From NCBI GenBank assembly GCA_002633005.1, contig NMRA01000013.1, positions 1,784,403 through 1,848,402 of the forward strand: 64,000 nucleotides of DNA. Reading direction: 5' to 3'. The notes beneath the pieces are model-generated. The model did no database searches. It saw only the letters and a list, made by a program, of their open reading frames with translations, and was not told where the DNA came from. Source of the stretch: Phoronis australis (Eukaryota > Animalia > Phoronida). Shown here in pieces: positions 1 through 12,800 of the stretch (position 1 is its first letter; each line of letters opens with the position of its first letter). The position numbers and the translations under genes are program-made.

Positions 1-222
1 CTATAACACCTTAGCAGACGACAACTTGCAATACAAATCCTCAAATCCACCCCTAAATTCTCCGTACTCTGGCCAGTTCTGGGCACCAGACTCCAGTCCA
101 GGTGAGCAATCTGGTGTCCAGTACTGGACTTTGGTCCGAAGGTATGGGAGCATTTTGACTGCATCTGAAGTGTAGGGGTGTGGTTCTGGGTGGTTGAAGG
201 TGGTCTCTGCTAGGAGCTAGGG
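1..222. repeat. Imperfect palindromic MITE-like element in GTPase intron
   Basis: The start (ctataacaccttagcagac) is roughly the reverse complement of the end (gtctctgctaggagctaggg), and there is internal dyad symmetry. It may be cut by the window edge. Confidence 0.4.
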
Positions 223-436
223 TTTAGAGGATCATAATCTAGAATTAAGAAGTGCAGCCATGGAATCTTTCTAATCCCCAATAAAAGTATTTTTGATATA
301 ACGTCAAAGAATATCACTTGCCAAGAAGTGCTATAACAAGGTTCTAACAGAAGTTGTGACCTATATGACCTAGTTGGTACAGAGTTCAGATTGTGTTAGT
401 GTAAAGGGCTTTAATCATGGCTTCATTGTCTTCCAG

Positions 437-2794
437 ACGGATGTCTTCCTAGTGTGTTTTAGTGTTGTCAGTCCATCTTCCTACGAAAATATCTTCACAA
501 AGTGGATCCCTGAGATACGGCACCACTGCCCAGACACTCCCATATTATTAATAGGTAGGTGCTGTAGCCGTGAACAGCGTTTTGTTTTCATTCCACCATA
601 GTGTGTTATGTCCAAATGTTGGTTAAATGAGATATGAATTGGTTTTAAGAAAGAGGTAGTTGATGGGAAGTCCTGGCTCAGATAAATGCCTATTATTCAG
701 TGGAGAAAACTGGCTCTCAAAATGTAGATCCCACGTAAGTGACTACTGCTGTCCTTGGTGTTCTCGACTCTTCAGTCCCTCAATGTAAAGGACTTTTATA
801 CTGTTATTTAGTCACGATGTGTCTGTCCCTATTATGACACGATTTGGACCCATAATTAGGTATGGTAGTGCACAGTTGCAACACATTGTCAATGATTTTT
901 CAGGTCTTGAATATTTTCCCATTTAGTTATCCACAGGAGCGTTTTAGTTCTTCAACTTAATACGAAGTGTTTGTTTAGGTTGATCAGTATGGGCCGGAAA
1001 TAGTTGTACGTTCCCGGGGCTGTCAAAAACAATTTAAAATATACCAAACCTGATTTCGACCTATTAACAGATATGAAAACGACTTTCCCATCCAATTCTC
1101 TGAAACAAAATAATGTTCTGTTACCCGTGACAATCTTCAAGAATCTGGAACAAAATTTGAAAGTTCCATTCAAAGTAATCTGAACGGGAAAGCATGACCT
1201 ATACTTAAGGCAAGTTGCGCAACTGCAAGGAAAGACTACCCACTAAGAGCCATAACATCCAATCTTTGACACATAGAGCATCATTCCTTTATCATTCATG
1301 TGGGATGCCAATATTGTATTAGCAGGGTGATGTTTGGTTGAAATCACCAAAACAGGTTGTAAGTTTTCTTTTAGGGTTGATCAAGTCTGTGACCTTGTCA
1401 TGATTTTCAAAGTGGTTGGTAATTTAAAGTGCCTTGTAGAAACTAGCCTAATTATTATTTTTGATTTTGGTTGGACAGTTTCCATTGCAAGTGACATCAA
1501 ACTGGGACACAAAATCCAGGACCCTTGTTAATGACTAATTTCTAACCACTGCTACTCCCCCAGTAAGCCAATAACTGGCTCTTGATAAACCTGGGGCCAT
1601 CTATTGCCAAAAAATCGTGTTAGAGCTGGCTACATGAGCTAGACCATTGGTTTTGGTCATTACAAGACATCAACTGGTAAATAAATTGACAATGTATTCT
1701 TTGACTGTTGTGGGGAAATGAGAAAGTGTTTGTGCTGTTATGGAAACATCCAGCGAGCACAATTTTTCTATACAGGGTGAAAACCAAATTCATTTTATAC
1801 TCATCGCCTGTCCATGACTGCTGTGCCAGTATAATAAATAACTGAAGTTCTCACAGACTACGTGTTCTTGTTCTAAGGTTATTGAAAGCTGTAGCCATTT
1901 GACCAGTGTCTAGGGACATCCTAGCATTCTATTTAAGTTGAACTTTCAGAATTTTCCAAACTTCATAAGTATCTTCGGTCATTAAACTTGAAATAGTAAA
2001 AGCCCATTTTGGTCAGTCACTCACAACATTGTGACTGCCATGCCTAAATACTGGACTTACAGTTCACAGCTATCTATAGAATATATTGCTTCAATATTAA
2101 CAGGCCTGCAAGTCTAAGGAGGTCAGTCCTTCAAATATACAATTTTCCATATTACAATCCTCTTGAATGTTGAACCTTGGGAGTATACATGGTTCTTCAG
2201 AGGTTCTGAATTTTCGGAAGCAGTTCAATGCTTGTGGTTTAGTGGGAAAAAATGGTTTCTCATAATCTGGAACCCCTGAAGGTAACTTTTAACTTGCTGT
2301 TTATATACTTGTGCAGGTACAAAAATTGACTTGCGCGATGACAAAGATGAAGTGAGCCGACTCACGACACAGGGTTCCCATCCAGTCAAACGAGAACAAG
2401 GCATAAAACTAGCATCAAAAATCCGGGCACACAAATACATGGAGTGCTCGGCTTTAACACAGAGGGGTCTTAGACAGGTAAGGCTGTTGTGCAGACTCCT
2501 TAGCTAGGAATCAAGTCGTTACAAGTCTTGGTGATTCATTAGATCTTTAAACGGATTCCGATTCTGTTAATGTTAACACCATTATCTAAAACTGACATTA
2601 TGAATATGACAGTTAATACAAAATGATTTTGTTGCCTTTGTAAGTTTCTGCCATTCTTATATGTATACTAGTGGTTAAAAAATGACCAGTGCGTAACACG
2701 TCTTATTCATTCACAGGTGTTCGATGAGGCAGTCCGATCTGTTTTACAACCACGTCCTCCAAAACACGCTGGTCTAAAGTGCCTCGTCATGTAG
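437..2794 (+). CDS. Mtl: Rho-family small GTPase, Mtl/MIG-2 (RhoG/Rac-related); 5'-partial, last 3 coding exons
   Basis: Exons 437-554, 2317-2477 and 2717-2794 have canonical AG/GT boundaries and join in frame. Translation: [48 protein letters not shown] (G4 box)...[28 protein letters not shown] (G5 box)[25 protein letters not shown]. The CAAX box is CLVM. The [18 protein letters not shown] segment and Met-ending CAAX resemble Drosophila Mtl and C. elegans MIG-2 (from memory). Earlier exons lie outside the window. Confidence 0.9.
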
Positions 2795-5700
2795 CACTCG
2801 ATGAGTGACATTTTGAATCCTTGCAAGACAGTGAAAGAATGTAATCTAAACAGGATGTCTTTTGTATTGGTCTGTGGCAAACAGAGGGCTCTGTCGAAGA
2901 GCCAGATGTCATTTTGTTAGTTTTGTGTCAACACCATTTGCTTTATTTGTTTCTTTGGCAGTCATAAATCCTTAAACTTAATCACTGGATGAACTCAAAC
3001 GGACCAAGCTTATTACATCTACTCCGTGCAGGCATTTGTATATATCATATTCCTGTATTTATTTCTTCTTAAAACACTGTCTCAAGCTTCGATGAATAAT
3101 GTTTTTGAACAAGAGATGAGTTTGGAAATAGTTGATATAAGTTTCAGGAGGATAAGGTCATTGAACCCCCTACTTTTAAGATGTGCACTTTTAGCGCACA
3201 GTATGGCTGACTCGTGAAATTTTATTTTATCAAATTTCACAACAAACAAATTCTATTTCATTTACATGATAGTTTGGTATAATGTGTGCTGTCATGACTG
3301 TCATAAGGCAATGCATGATTATTGTCTCGTTATTTGTAACATAACTGTCAGTCTTTGAAAAAGTTAATACCATTACTTTGGCTATCATTTTGTTCAAAAA
3401 TACTAATGAACTGTCATGTTGTCTGTACTCATAAGCATTGGTCTGTTACAGATTGCAACATGTATTTAAAATGTAAGACTGGTCCCAACATAATTGGTTG
3501 TGAGTGTTAAAAATGATAGTTTTGAAAAGTCAAAAACTGGCCAGTAAACTCGTGGTCATCGGTAACACCTGAAGAAATATTCCTATAGGAGCCTCTGTGG
3601 ATTGGCGGTGTCAGTGGTGTCCATGTTCATTATGTTCACTCTAAGCCATACTTTCATGTTGTCGTGGTGTGAATGCTACAGCTTTTGGTATAGGTAGACG
3701 TGCTTTTTGTATCTGTGTTGTGGAACTCGACTGCTGGGTCCAACCATTTAAGCTATAAGAACCGTATTTTGCCCAGTTAAGTTGTTACCTAAAATTTTTT
3801 TTGAGTTATCAACCGAACAGCCAAAACTAACAGCTGATGTGTGATGTACTCACTGGAAATGGTCGTAGTTGTGTCACGTGACTGACCTCTTTTTGAATTG
3901 AGGCTCTGTGCGCCAGGGTTAGCAAACCCTAATAAAGTCGGCAACCATGCGAAGCATTTGTTGAGCTGTTAAGAGCTTGTGTTTGTTGAGCTGTTGAGAG
4001 CTTGTATGTTCTTCTTCGTAACAGAAAATGCCCTATCATCTAAAGGAAAACTTTTAGGACGATTTTTAAAAATAAAATGCATAATTTGATTTTTGTTTTA
4101 GCCAACTGAACAGGGCAAAATACAGCTTAAAGTTACGAAATTTTGTTTGTGGGTTGAATGACTATGTGGATTTGAGTCTTAACAGTTTGCACTAGTTCAT
4201 TGTTCGTAATTTTAATTCTCATGATTCATGGAAAGCAAGAATTGAGCTGAAAAGTAAATGAGAAGTCTACGTAACTCCTTCCTTTCGTAAAGTACTAGTT
4301 AGAGATGAAGGGCAGTTGTAGAACGTGAATGAATCGGATTCAACTGTGGCTGAGAGAGGTGTTTTCTGAGTAAGATGAAATGCGACTGTAAGGCCTAATG
4401 CTCGGGCTTGAACTACTGTAATGCAAGGTTCTCTGAGTACCAAAGTCTTGCAAAAAGAATGATTTGATTTGTGTAAGGTTAGTGTTTTTACTGAATTATT
4501 GAGATAAAGTCGACAGTACATATGTTTATAGTAATGGTGAGAATGTTAGGTTGTGAATGTTATGCTTTGGTCCATTTTCAAGCAAATGATGTGTTGATAG
4601 TGAAGAATGAAACCCTATGTAATGTTGCCACATGCTCACTGCTTATGCTGAAAATACTTGTCAGTATTGGACCGAGTCTCTCTACACGCAGATTGTTATG
4701 TGCAACATTTAAAGTGCATTTTTATAAAGGTTGTGGTAACAAGGGCTGCCGTCCGTTCCTGGTGTCGGTACTGTACCGAAAAAACGAAAAGTACTGGTCG
4801 ACATGACAGTATTCAGTGGATCAATTGATACCTTGAAATTAAAAGTGTAGCTGGTTTAATATTTCCCTGCTTTATTCTCCATTTCAGTGAAAAAGCTGTG
4901 TAGGGCAAACTCAAAGTTCTCAAACTTCTGTCTACATTGTGGCACTCAACCTTATTGGTGACTTTTATTTTTGGAAATACTGACAATCTAATTTATCTAG
5001 CAGGAAGTTCATTATTTTGCCTTGGTTGGTTTGATTGCAGATTTATCTGCAGTCATACAATGCAGTTTGCAGTACTGGGCTGAGTGTATTTCAGCTAAGA
5101 ATCTTCTTGCAGCCCTTCTCACTAAGTTTTGAACATGATTGCAAGTTAGTGGCGACGGAAGAATTGACTGAGCTGTAAGTTTTGACTGGCCACATTATAG
5201 AGTCCAAGATTTTGCAAAGGAATATACAACTCCCTGTACTTTTTATGTTTGACCAGGGGGCAGGAACCCCCCGGACAGTATACTCTCCCTGTCTTAGATC
5301 CACCCATAGACTTTTTGCAGTCACATGCCAGTACTAGCTGACGTTCAGTGTACCTGTTGTCCTTTTACGCTGATTCTTCATCAATTTAGCACACAACCTG
5401 CCCTGATTTTTTGTGAAAATTCTTAACAAAATAATTTTTAGTATGGTTTATGAAGATATTTGGTAAAAATTAATTACTTGGAGCAAGGTTGTAGGTTTTG
5501 ACTTTAATTTTGCCATTAGCGAAGAACTATCGCGGTGCATTGAGATGTTGGTTGCCCTGTGTTTTCAGTAGAACACAATGTCATCTGTTCCTGTTGAAGT
5601 GGTCACAATCTCTGTCTCTACTTATTTTTGTTGTTTTTTTTACGTCTTTACCGATTTATGCAATCATTTCTGTCATCATCTTTGTACAATCCTTAGTAAT

Positions 5701-6317
5701 GGCAATTCAGCAATCCACGTTTGGCCCCCTGCTCTTAAGACTGGTGTAACTATTGTTTGTAATAGTTTCATACAATTATGCAAGTCCTGTATGCAATTGA
5801 GAATTTGTTTGTGTGTGAATTTTTTAAAAGTACCCTATAGGAATATGCATTCAAGATTGGCGTACTTTTAAAGTTTACTTAACAAGAATCGTATGCTGAT
5901 GGTTATAAGACGCTGATTTTTGGGGTTATTATTCAGGGTATGGAAATGCAAGATTAGTAATTTAAGAGTCACAGAGAGTGTTTGACATTTTGCAATGTCA
6001 TCACTTGTTATTAGTTTGAATATTCGTGGTCATAAGTTTGCTACCAGTTTTTATTTATTTTTATCGTTTTATGTTTTACCTGAACATAATTTGTGCTTAA
6101 TGCCTCGAAGTTACTGTCAGAGCTGTGTGTAAAAATATAGCATAACTTTAGAGACGAATCTAAGTTTTGGCCATAAACAATGTGAACGTTGAGATTTCTT
6201 ATTATTATTTTCCGCAATATATTCGGTGGGCTTGTTGTGACGTAAGCCTCTGGTGTTATTATGTAATTAATGTGCATTAGGTTATGTACATGTACTTCTT
6301 ATATTAATGTATGTTGA

Positions 6318-6323
6318 AATAAA
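6318..6323 (+). terminator. Candidate distal poly(A) signal of the Mtl gene (long 3' UTR)
   Basis: AATAAA ends a ~3.5-kb U-rich stretch with no recognisable transposon after the stop at 2794. Composition shifts to GC-rich repeat sequence at ~6410. A more proximal AATAAA is at 3931. Confidence 0.4.
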
Positions 6324-7175
6324 AATACAACAGTATATTGTTACAAGTTTTGATCATGCAAAATTCTAAGACTCTTTTTTAAATACGATTTGGTTGATTA
6401 CTTTGGATGGACGCGGGAGGGTTTACGGCTGTATTTTGCCGTTTTTGCGGGTGAAAGGTTTGCATTTTGCAAAATAATTTTTCTTGTATTTGCTGCCGCC
6501 GTTTGATCGTAAACTTTGTGGGAGAGATTGCTTAGTCTGGCACGGCCGATGGACGTGGGTTTTTGACCTGTGTGAACGAATGTCCCCCAATAATTTTGCA
6601 GACGCCGAGTTGTAAGGGGCGGGTGTGGCCACCCGGGGAGGGAGGCGTCGGGGTGGCTCGCGGCGAAATGAATATACGAAATTGTATTTACCTGGGACCC
6701 TTTTTTGGCTAGGGATTATGTCATCTCTCGTCCTCTTATTCCGTTTTTGCAGAAATTATAATTACTTGACATGACATAAATCGGGAACCTGAAGGAGGGC
6801 GGCGCTGATGATACAAATTATTGCTCATATCCTGCTTTTGTTCCATGTATTCTCATATTTAGGGGTCTCATCCCTAGCAGGGAACTTGTTGTTCCGGCGC
6901 CATAGTCACCATTTTCCTGTTTTCTTTTAATATCCTAAGTTTCTCACTCGACGGAGGGAGGCCTCAATGATGGACTCTCTTTTTAATTCCTGTTTTTGTG
7001 AAATCGTGCAATCTTTCATGTTAAGAAAGATGACCTGTACTCACCCGATGATGGATTTAAGTACATTCTTTTCCAATTTTAAATGATATAGCCCCCTTTC
7101 ACTGAGACGGTGGTCTCTTGGCGAGAGCAATCTTTGCTCTCATAAATCCGACTCGGTCAACTATTCACTAAGTGA

Positions 7176-7357
7176 CAGTGGCAGATCTACGTTTTCAGGA
7201 AGGGGGGAGGGGGTCAGGATTCGAGTGAATCCGAGGCGCGTGTAACATTTTTTTGTGGTTTTTAGTAGCTGATTTATTTTTCTGGCGAAATTTATTTCAA
7301 TTTATTTTTGATCCTGTCCCGAGGTGGGGGTTGAACCCCCTGAACCCCCCGCCTCTG
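7176..7357. mobile_element. Short CAG...CTG MITE (hAT-like)
   Basis: Starts cagtggcagatcta, carries G- and C-runs, ends ccgcctctg. Similar in layout to the element at 15407-15556. Confidence 0.45.
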
Positions 7358-7789
7358 TCAGTGAAGCAACATAACCCTTCGAATTTGTCGAGAAAACTGA
7401 CAGGAAACACGTTCATCGACGTGAACAGCAGCCTCAAGACATTGGACTCAAACATATAAAAACGTACGTGATTGAAAAAACAAGCACTGAGCGCCATGAG
7501 AATTGACTAAAAGTTTAAAGTCTACGGGAATCAGAGGCGCACTTGGTGAAGATCAGTTGTCAGCTCTGTATCATTTATGGCCGTACGAAATTTGATTGGC
7601 GATGACTAGGGGGAAGCCGATTGGCAATCAACCAGTGAATCTGAAATTTGGGAAAGTGCGATTTGGTTTGTTCCTGCTGGGCCTTCGGCGTCAGGAAGAA
7701 GTTGTTATACGGTTGGCGACCGGCCCGATATGCAATTGATGAACTATGATCAAACTCGTGTTCCAGATTTCTCCACTAGACCCCAGCAG

Positions 7790-8715
7790 TAGCCCATTAA
7801 CTAAAGACTCGGTTTTGTCTCACTTCTCAGATGTTTTCAGTGGTTTAGGTGATATTGGTAAGCCAGTGTCGTTCACCATGGATCCCACTAGTCATGCACC
7901 CATTCACCGCCTCCTGTCAGTTTCGAAGCGGGATCGTGTTAAGGCTAATCTTGACGAAATGGTAGCTTCAGGAAAGCTGATAAAAGTATGAGATGAACCC
8001 ACTGACTGGTGTTCTAATATGCACGTTGTGGAAAAACAGACCCCCCATGGTGAACACAAGCTGAGATACGCCTTTGCCTTGATCCTAGTATGACTGTTAA
8101 CAATGCCATTGTCATTCCCAAGTACACCATTCTTACTATTGAAGAGCTTTTGCCCCGCCTGAGCCTAGTGAGAAAAAACACAAATGTTTTACAATAGTTG
8201 ACGCACTTGATGGGTTTACCCAGGTTCGTTTGGACTAGTACAACTCGAGCCTAACCGCAACCATGCGCACCCCATGGGGACGTTATCGCTGGAATCGTCT
8301 GCCTTATGGGATATCTTCCGCTCCAGAAGAGTTTCAGAAACGACTATTCATGAGGCTTTCAGTAGAGGGTTTACACGGCATCTCTTGTATGATTGCTGAC
8401 GACATCTTGGTTTTTGTCGGGAACAGGTGATACTCCTCGGGAGGCTGAGCTTTGTCATGACCGTAATCTTATTGCACTCTCGCTTGCGGAGAGCATTTGA
8501 TCGTTCTCTGAAGTTGAATTCCAAAAAACTTCAATTCATCGTCTATTAGTTTCATGAGGCCTTGCATCACCGAGGAAGAATATCCTCTGATCCCTCCAAA
8601 GTACAGGCCATAGTTGAAATGCCTATTCCCTCAGACAAAAAGGCTCTTGAACGCTTCCTAGGCATGGCCAACTACTTGAGTGCTTTTTGTCCCAGGTTGT
8701 CACAGATAGGTGAAG
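7790..8715 (+). mobile_element. Degenerate Ty3/Gypsy LTR-retrotransposon reverse transcriptase fragment (Mag-like)
   Basis: Across frameshifts it reads EPTDWCSNMHVVEK, CLDPSMTVNNAIVIPKYTILTIEELLPR, IVDALDGFTQVRLD, TPWGRYRWNRLPYGISSAPEEFQKR, IADDILVF (YxDD position) and DPSKVQAIVEMPIPSDKKALERFLGMANYLSAFCPRLS. Several frameshifts; no LTRs recognised. Confidence 0.9.
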
Positions 8716-9727
8716 CGCTTGTATGATTTAAGTAGAAAGGACATGGAATTTGCCAGTGCGTGGACATCTGTTGCCCAAAACGGTAGGACTGAAACGGTTG
8801 CCACCCACATTCAGATCGAAGAAATTGATAGAAAAAGACATCCTGTTGCATATGAATTACTTGATGAATTTACTGATTTCAATGGTGACGTGTGTCAAAC
8901 AGAATACACCCAGACTTCCGATTGGCGCCCGCCGTGCGTTTCAAAAATGCGGTATTGACGGTGCGTACGGATAAATATTAAGGGCGAGACTAATACCGAA
9001 CTGCGGCACGTGCTGCTCAAGGAAACATAAAAATGTGAGACCTAATAATTATTTGACGTCATGAGAATGCTTCAAAATCAAATTTTGAAGCATTCTCATG
9101 ACGTCACCGGGACCCGACTCACTCAAGGCAGGATCGAGGCCGTCAGTCGACTGAAGGGCCAGTTTTGCGCACACTGACACTTGCAAACCATCCCTGATAC
9201 TCAGTTTAATTTTGAAGAAGAGCTGCGGGAATAGGGCCATGCCCTACCTGGATGTAATATGCATCATAGCCTAGTCCTAGGTCTTACACATGAGCCGTAG
9301 GTCCACCTCGCCACTGAGTAACCGCCGGCAAATCCATGAGTGAACTCAGCTAGGCTACTGATTCACTCCCCGCGGCCCCTGAAAGCGAGGTCGGACTGTC
9401 TGACAACAATGGGCAAATGGTCAATTACTAAGTGTCCGCAAGTTTTGGGGGCCCTGGGGTTCCTACTCACCCGTCAGTTTTATTGGGTACTCGGTCGCCG
9501 ACAAACAACCGGGTGGCCAGAGCATTACAGTCCTATAGTCGACATTCAGTTAGCCCCTGAAGTCATGATAGCTGTGTGATGACTTTCTCAATGCAAAAAC
9601 TACTAGTAAATTATTCTAAATAACTGCCATTACAGAAAAGAATCTTTCAAGTTGTTCCACGAGTTAATTAAGATAACTGAAAAATATACGATTGATCTGA
9701 TAACGTACTAACTGAACGCAACGCTTC

Positions 9728-9840
9728 CTAGATGGCGCTGAGGAAACACACGACCTTTGACCTATGATGTCACATCACTAGGAAACCGCGTCTTTTTCGA
9801 TGACTGTAGATTGTGTGTGTGATATTTTTGCTGTATATAA
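9728..9840 (+). promoter_or_regulatory. Compact proximal promoter of the uncharacterised gene
   Basis: CTCF/YY1-like CTAGATGGCGCTG (9728-9740), nuclear-receptor DR1 CGACCTTTGACCT (9751-9763), CRE-like TGATGTCA (9765-9772), X-box-like CATCACTAGGAAAC (9773-9786) and TATATAA (9834-9840), all just upstream of ATG 9861/9873. Confidence 0.5.
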
Positions 9841-9860
9841 GCAGACAAGATAACACCGCA

Positions 9861-12800
9861 ATGGCAGTAACAATGGAATCTGCTCTGGGGACGTTGGTCT
9901 ACCCAAGACCAAGTTATCCAAGCTACAGTCGTTTCAGTCAACCTGGATTGTGGTAAGTTTTTATGATGTTGTCACACCGCAATCACGCTGTGTTGATTTG
10001 CTGCCTGACGATGCCAGAGTGCGGACATGGTAGCTCATATTTCAACTGTAGGCGAATGTATTCACTATTTGAGTGAAGAAGTCAAGAATTGTTAAATTTT
10101 TATTGTTGCTGTTCTTGTCTTATTCACATATAATTTATACAGCTTCTGAGACATAAGCAAGTGTGTGGCTTGTTAAAATAAGTGTGGAGGTTTAAAATTT
10201 CTTTCTCATTATCAACTTAGGGACTTGTATCGAAATGGTACAAATAAATGAAAACGATGAAATTGTGGGCTTATGATATTGGCGTCGTTTTTTACTGTAA
10301 TTCTCGTAATATAATCTTTTGCGTTCATATAATTTGTCGGTTTCCAGTCTAGTTAGCGCGTAGATCTACATGTACATTGTATCAGTGTGACGGTAAGCTA
10401 TTGAAAAGATTAAGTATTAACCGAGTCATTCAATAGCGTCCTACAATAGCGTAATGTAAATTGTATTTATATTGCTAGTCTGATAAGGTCTGTACGGTTT
10501 ACGATAGCAGGTAATTATTTAAAACCCGGCAACAGGTGATAAACCAAGTACAAAAATCACCAACAGTTATAACCATCAGTTCAGTTTGGACAACAAAACC
10601 CGGCATGATTTCTTCCGAATTTTGTTCAGTGCTGAAACAAAACACTAACGGCTCTGAATTCCTGTTTTGCTAAACACATAAAAACCACGACGGTGTCTAG
10701 GAGAGTTTAATCTGGCTATTCAAATACAAGTGCAGTGATAATTTTGACAGGCCATTCAACAAAAATATCACATTTCGCTCCTCAAACTCTCGCAACAAAA
10801 GGCATGTTGTCATCTATATCCTGTTTAAACACACCTATGGTTACGCTAACTTGATGCGCTCTGTTTAAATATCACGAAAAGGTTAACAATAGCAGACATG
10901 CAAGAAGATTCTAATATGTTTGATCTCTTTATCATAAACATTGCCGACAGTGTTCGTTTTCCAAAAGGAGCAGCTGTTGTGTGTTCCTGAATAAGAGTTT
11001 TTTGGTTGAGTAGCTGGGTATATCATAAAATATACGCACTGTGCTTGTTTTTTAATAGCCAGGGCGTAGCCAATCTGTTTTCGGCGACAGGTATACATTA
11101 CACATCTTATTGAAAGTCGTACAGCTGTATGAGAAGAGCCGCTTTGCCAGTGTTCTGTTTTGTGGATTCGTGTGTATATTATACACGGTCGAATATCAAA
11201 CTAAATATTGGTTGTTGATATGTTACTTTAAAATCTCCTTCTCTTTCTTATTAGTCGCGATCGTTTGAGTATTTGTGCGTGTAAGGGTTGCGTTGCAACT
11301 CAGATATGTTTCGTAGAAGTCACACGAATTGAACTTGCGCAATAGAATGAAATACAAAAACATTTACTTAATGTATAAATAAACGAACACTAAAAATCAG
11401 GCAGATACGTTACGCATCTCCATAGTATGTAGACGGCCGGTAACACGATTTTCTCTGCACTCTTTCACCAATACACTCTTCATTTTCTTTCTCCTCTTCA
11501 AACAGTGAGCCCTAAATCATCATGGCAAAACAATTTTACAGTTATCGTTGGACTGGGTTTTCCTACTAGTACTATCTTGCCGATTTTATATCTTATTTGT
11601 ACTTAGGTATATATGTGCCATTTTGAATGAGATAAATTTATAATTCTTATAATTTGTTATGAATACCTGCGGGAACGTTATTTCCATTAATGAATTAAAT
11701 AAACTAAACATATACGCAAATTTAGTATAATATATAATTGCGAAATTTGTCAAACTAAAGTTATAAGTTGTAATTGAGCCAAATTTTGTTACGCAAGAAA
11801 CCAAACACTTCTCAATTACAATGTCAAGCGCGCGTCTACGTCATCTATTCGAAATTCTAAATCACCAAGGAGCAATTTCTCTGACTATAAATTCGCAATT
11901 ACGATTTATAGATTGCCAATAGATTTTTCCCGGCTACTTGGTAAGAATAATTAGAATAATCGATTCATAAACTGTGCATAATTAATGTTTGATGTGTTAT
12001 AGTCGTCTCCAGAGGACACGGGAGACATGTGAAAAATTACGTGGGTTGCTCAGGGAAACGACTTGCTACATCTAATTGTAATCGAATGACTTTCTTTGTT
12101 GGTTAAAATTACTATGTTTTACTTCAAAACATTTCTCATGACAGTGAACCTAAGATAGTCGCCTGGAAATTTCCATCCAAATAAACTTTAAATACTTTTG
12201 AAACTAGGTCTTTTATCGTGACTGTCATTTTTGTAAACTGGCTGGCGAATTATTCGAGGGTTTTGGAGAATTTTGATGTGAGATTTTATAAAGAAGCGCA
12301 AACACACACTAGGGTCCAGAGTCGAGATCAGATCTCGAAATCCAAATTATATTTGGTATATTCCATTCTACTCAGAGTACAATGTAAGTATCTGTAGTAA
12401 TCTGTGCTCGGTGGTTTATGTACGTGGGTGTGCTGCCTAAGTTCGCACTTGGTGACTCCTAGATTCGATTAGCAAAATCAAGTGTAAACTCAAAGATTTC
12501 TAATAAATTAGACTCAAACCTCGAACTTATAGCTTTAATGCTGGGGTCGTCAAGTGCACTCTAGGATTAGACAGTCATTCATGTAAACCGTATAGTCGAG
12601 CACACAGTGATAAACAACCATCTCGAGTTTTGGTTCAAAGAAGAAAAAATATTTAAAGTTCGATTTCGAGTAAAAAGATTAGACCCTAAACCCAGAATGT
12701 AATTCTTCCTTATGCCAGACACTAGTTTTTAGAGAAAAAAATAGATTGCGTGCCTAGTCGTTATTACAACCCAGTACTTATGTGATTAACTTTCGATGGC

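Noticed and set aside
8710-8974. ORFs following the Gypsy RT as continuation of pol
   Set aside because: No RNase H or integrase motifs recognised; similarity ends near 8715.
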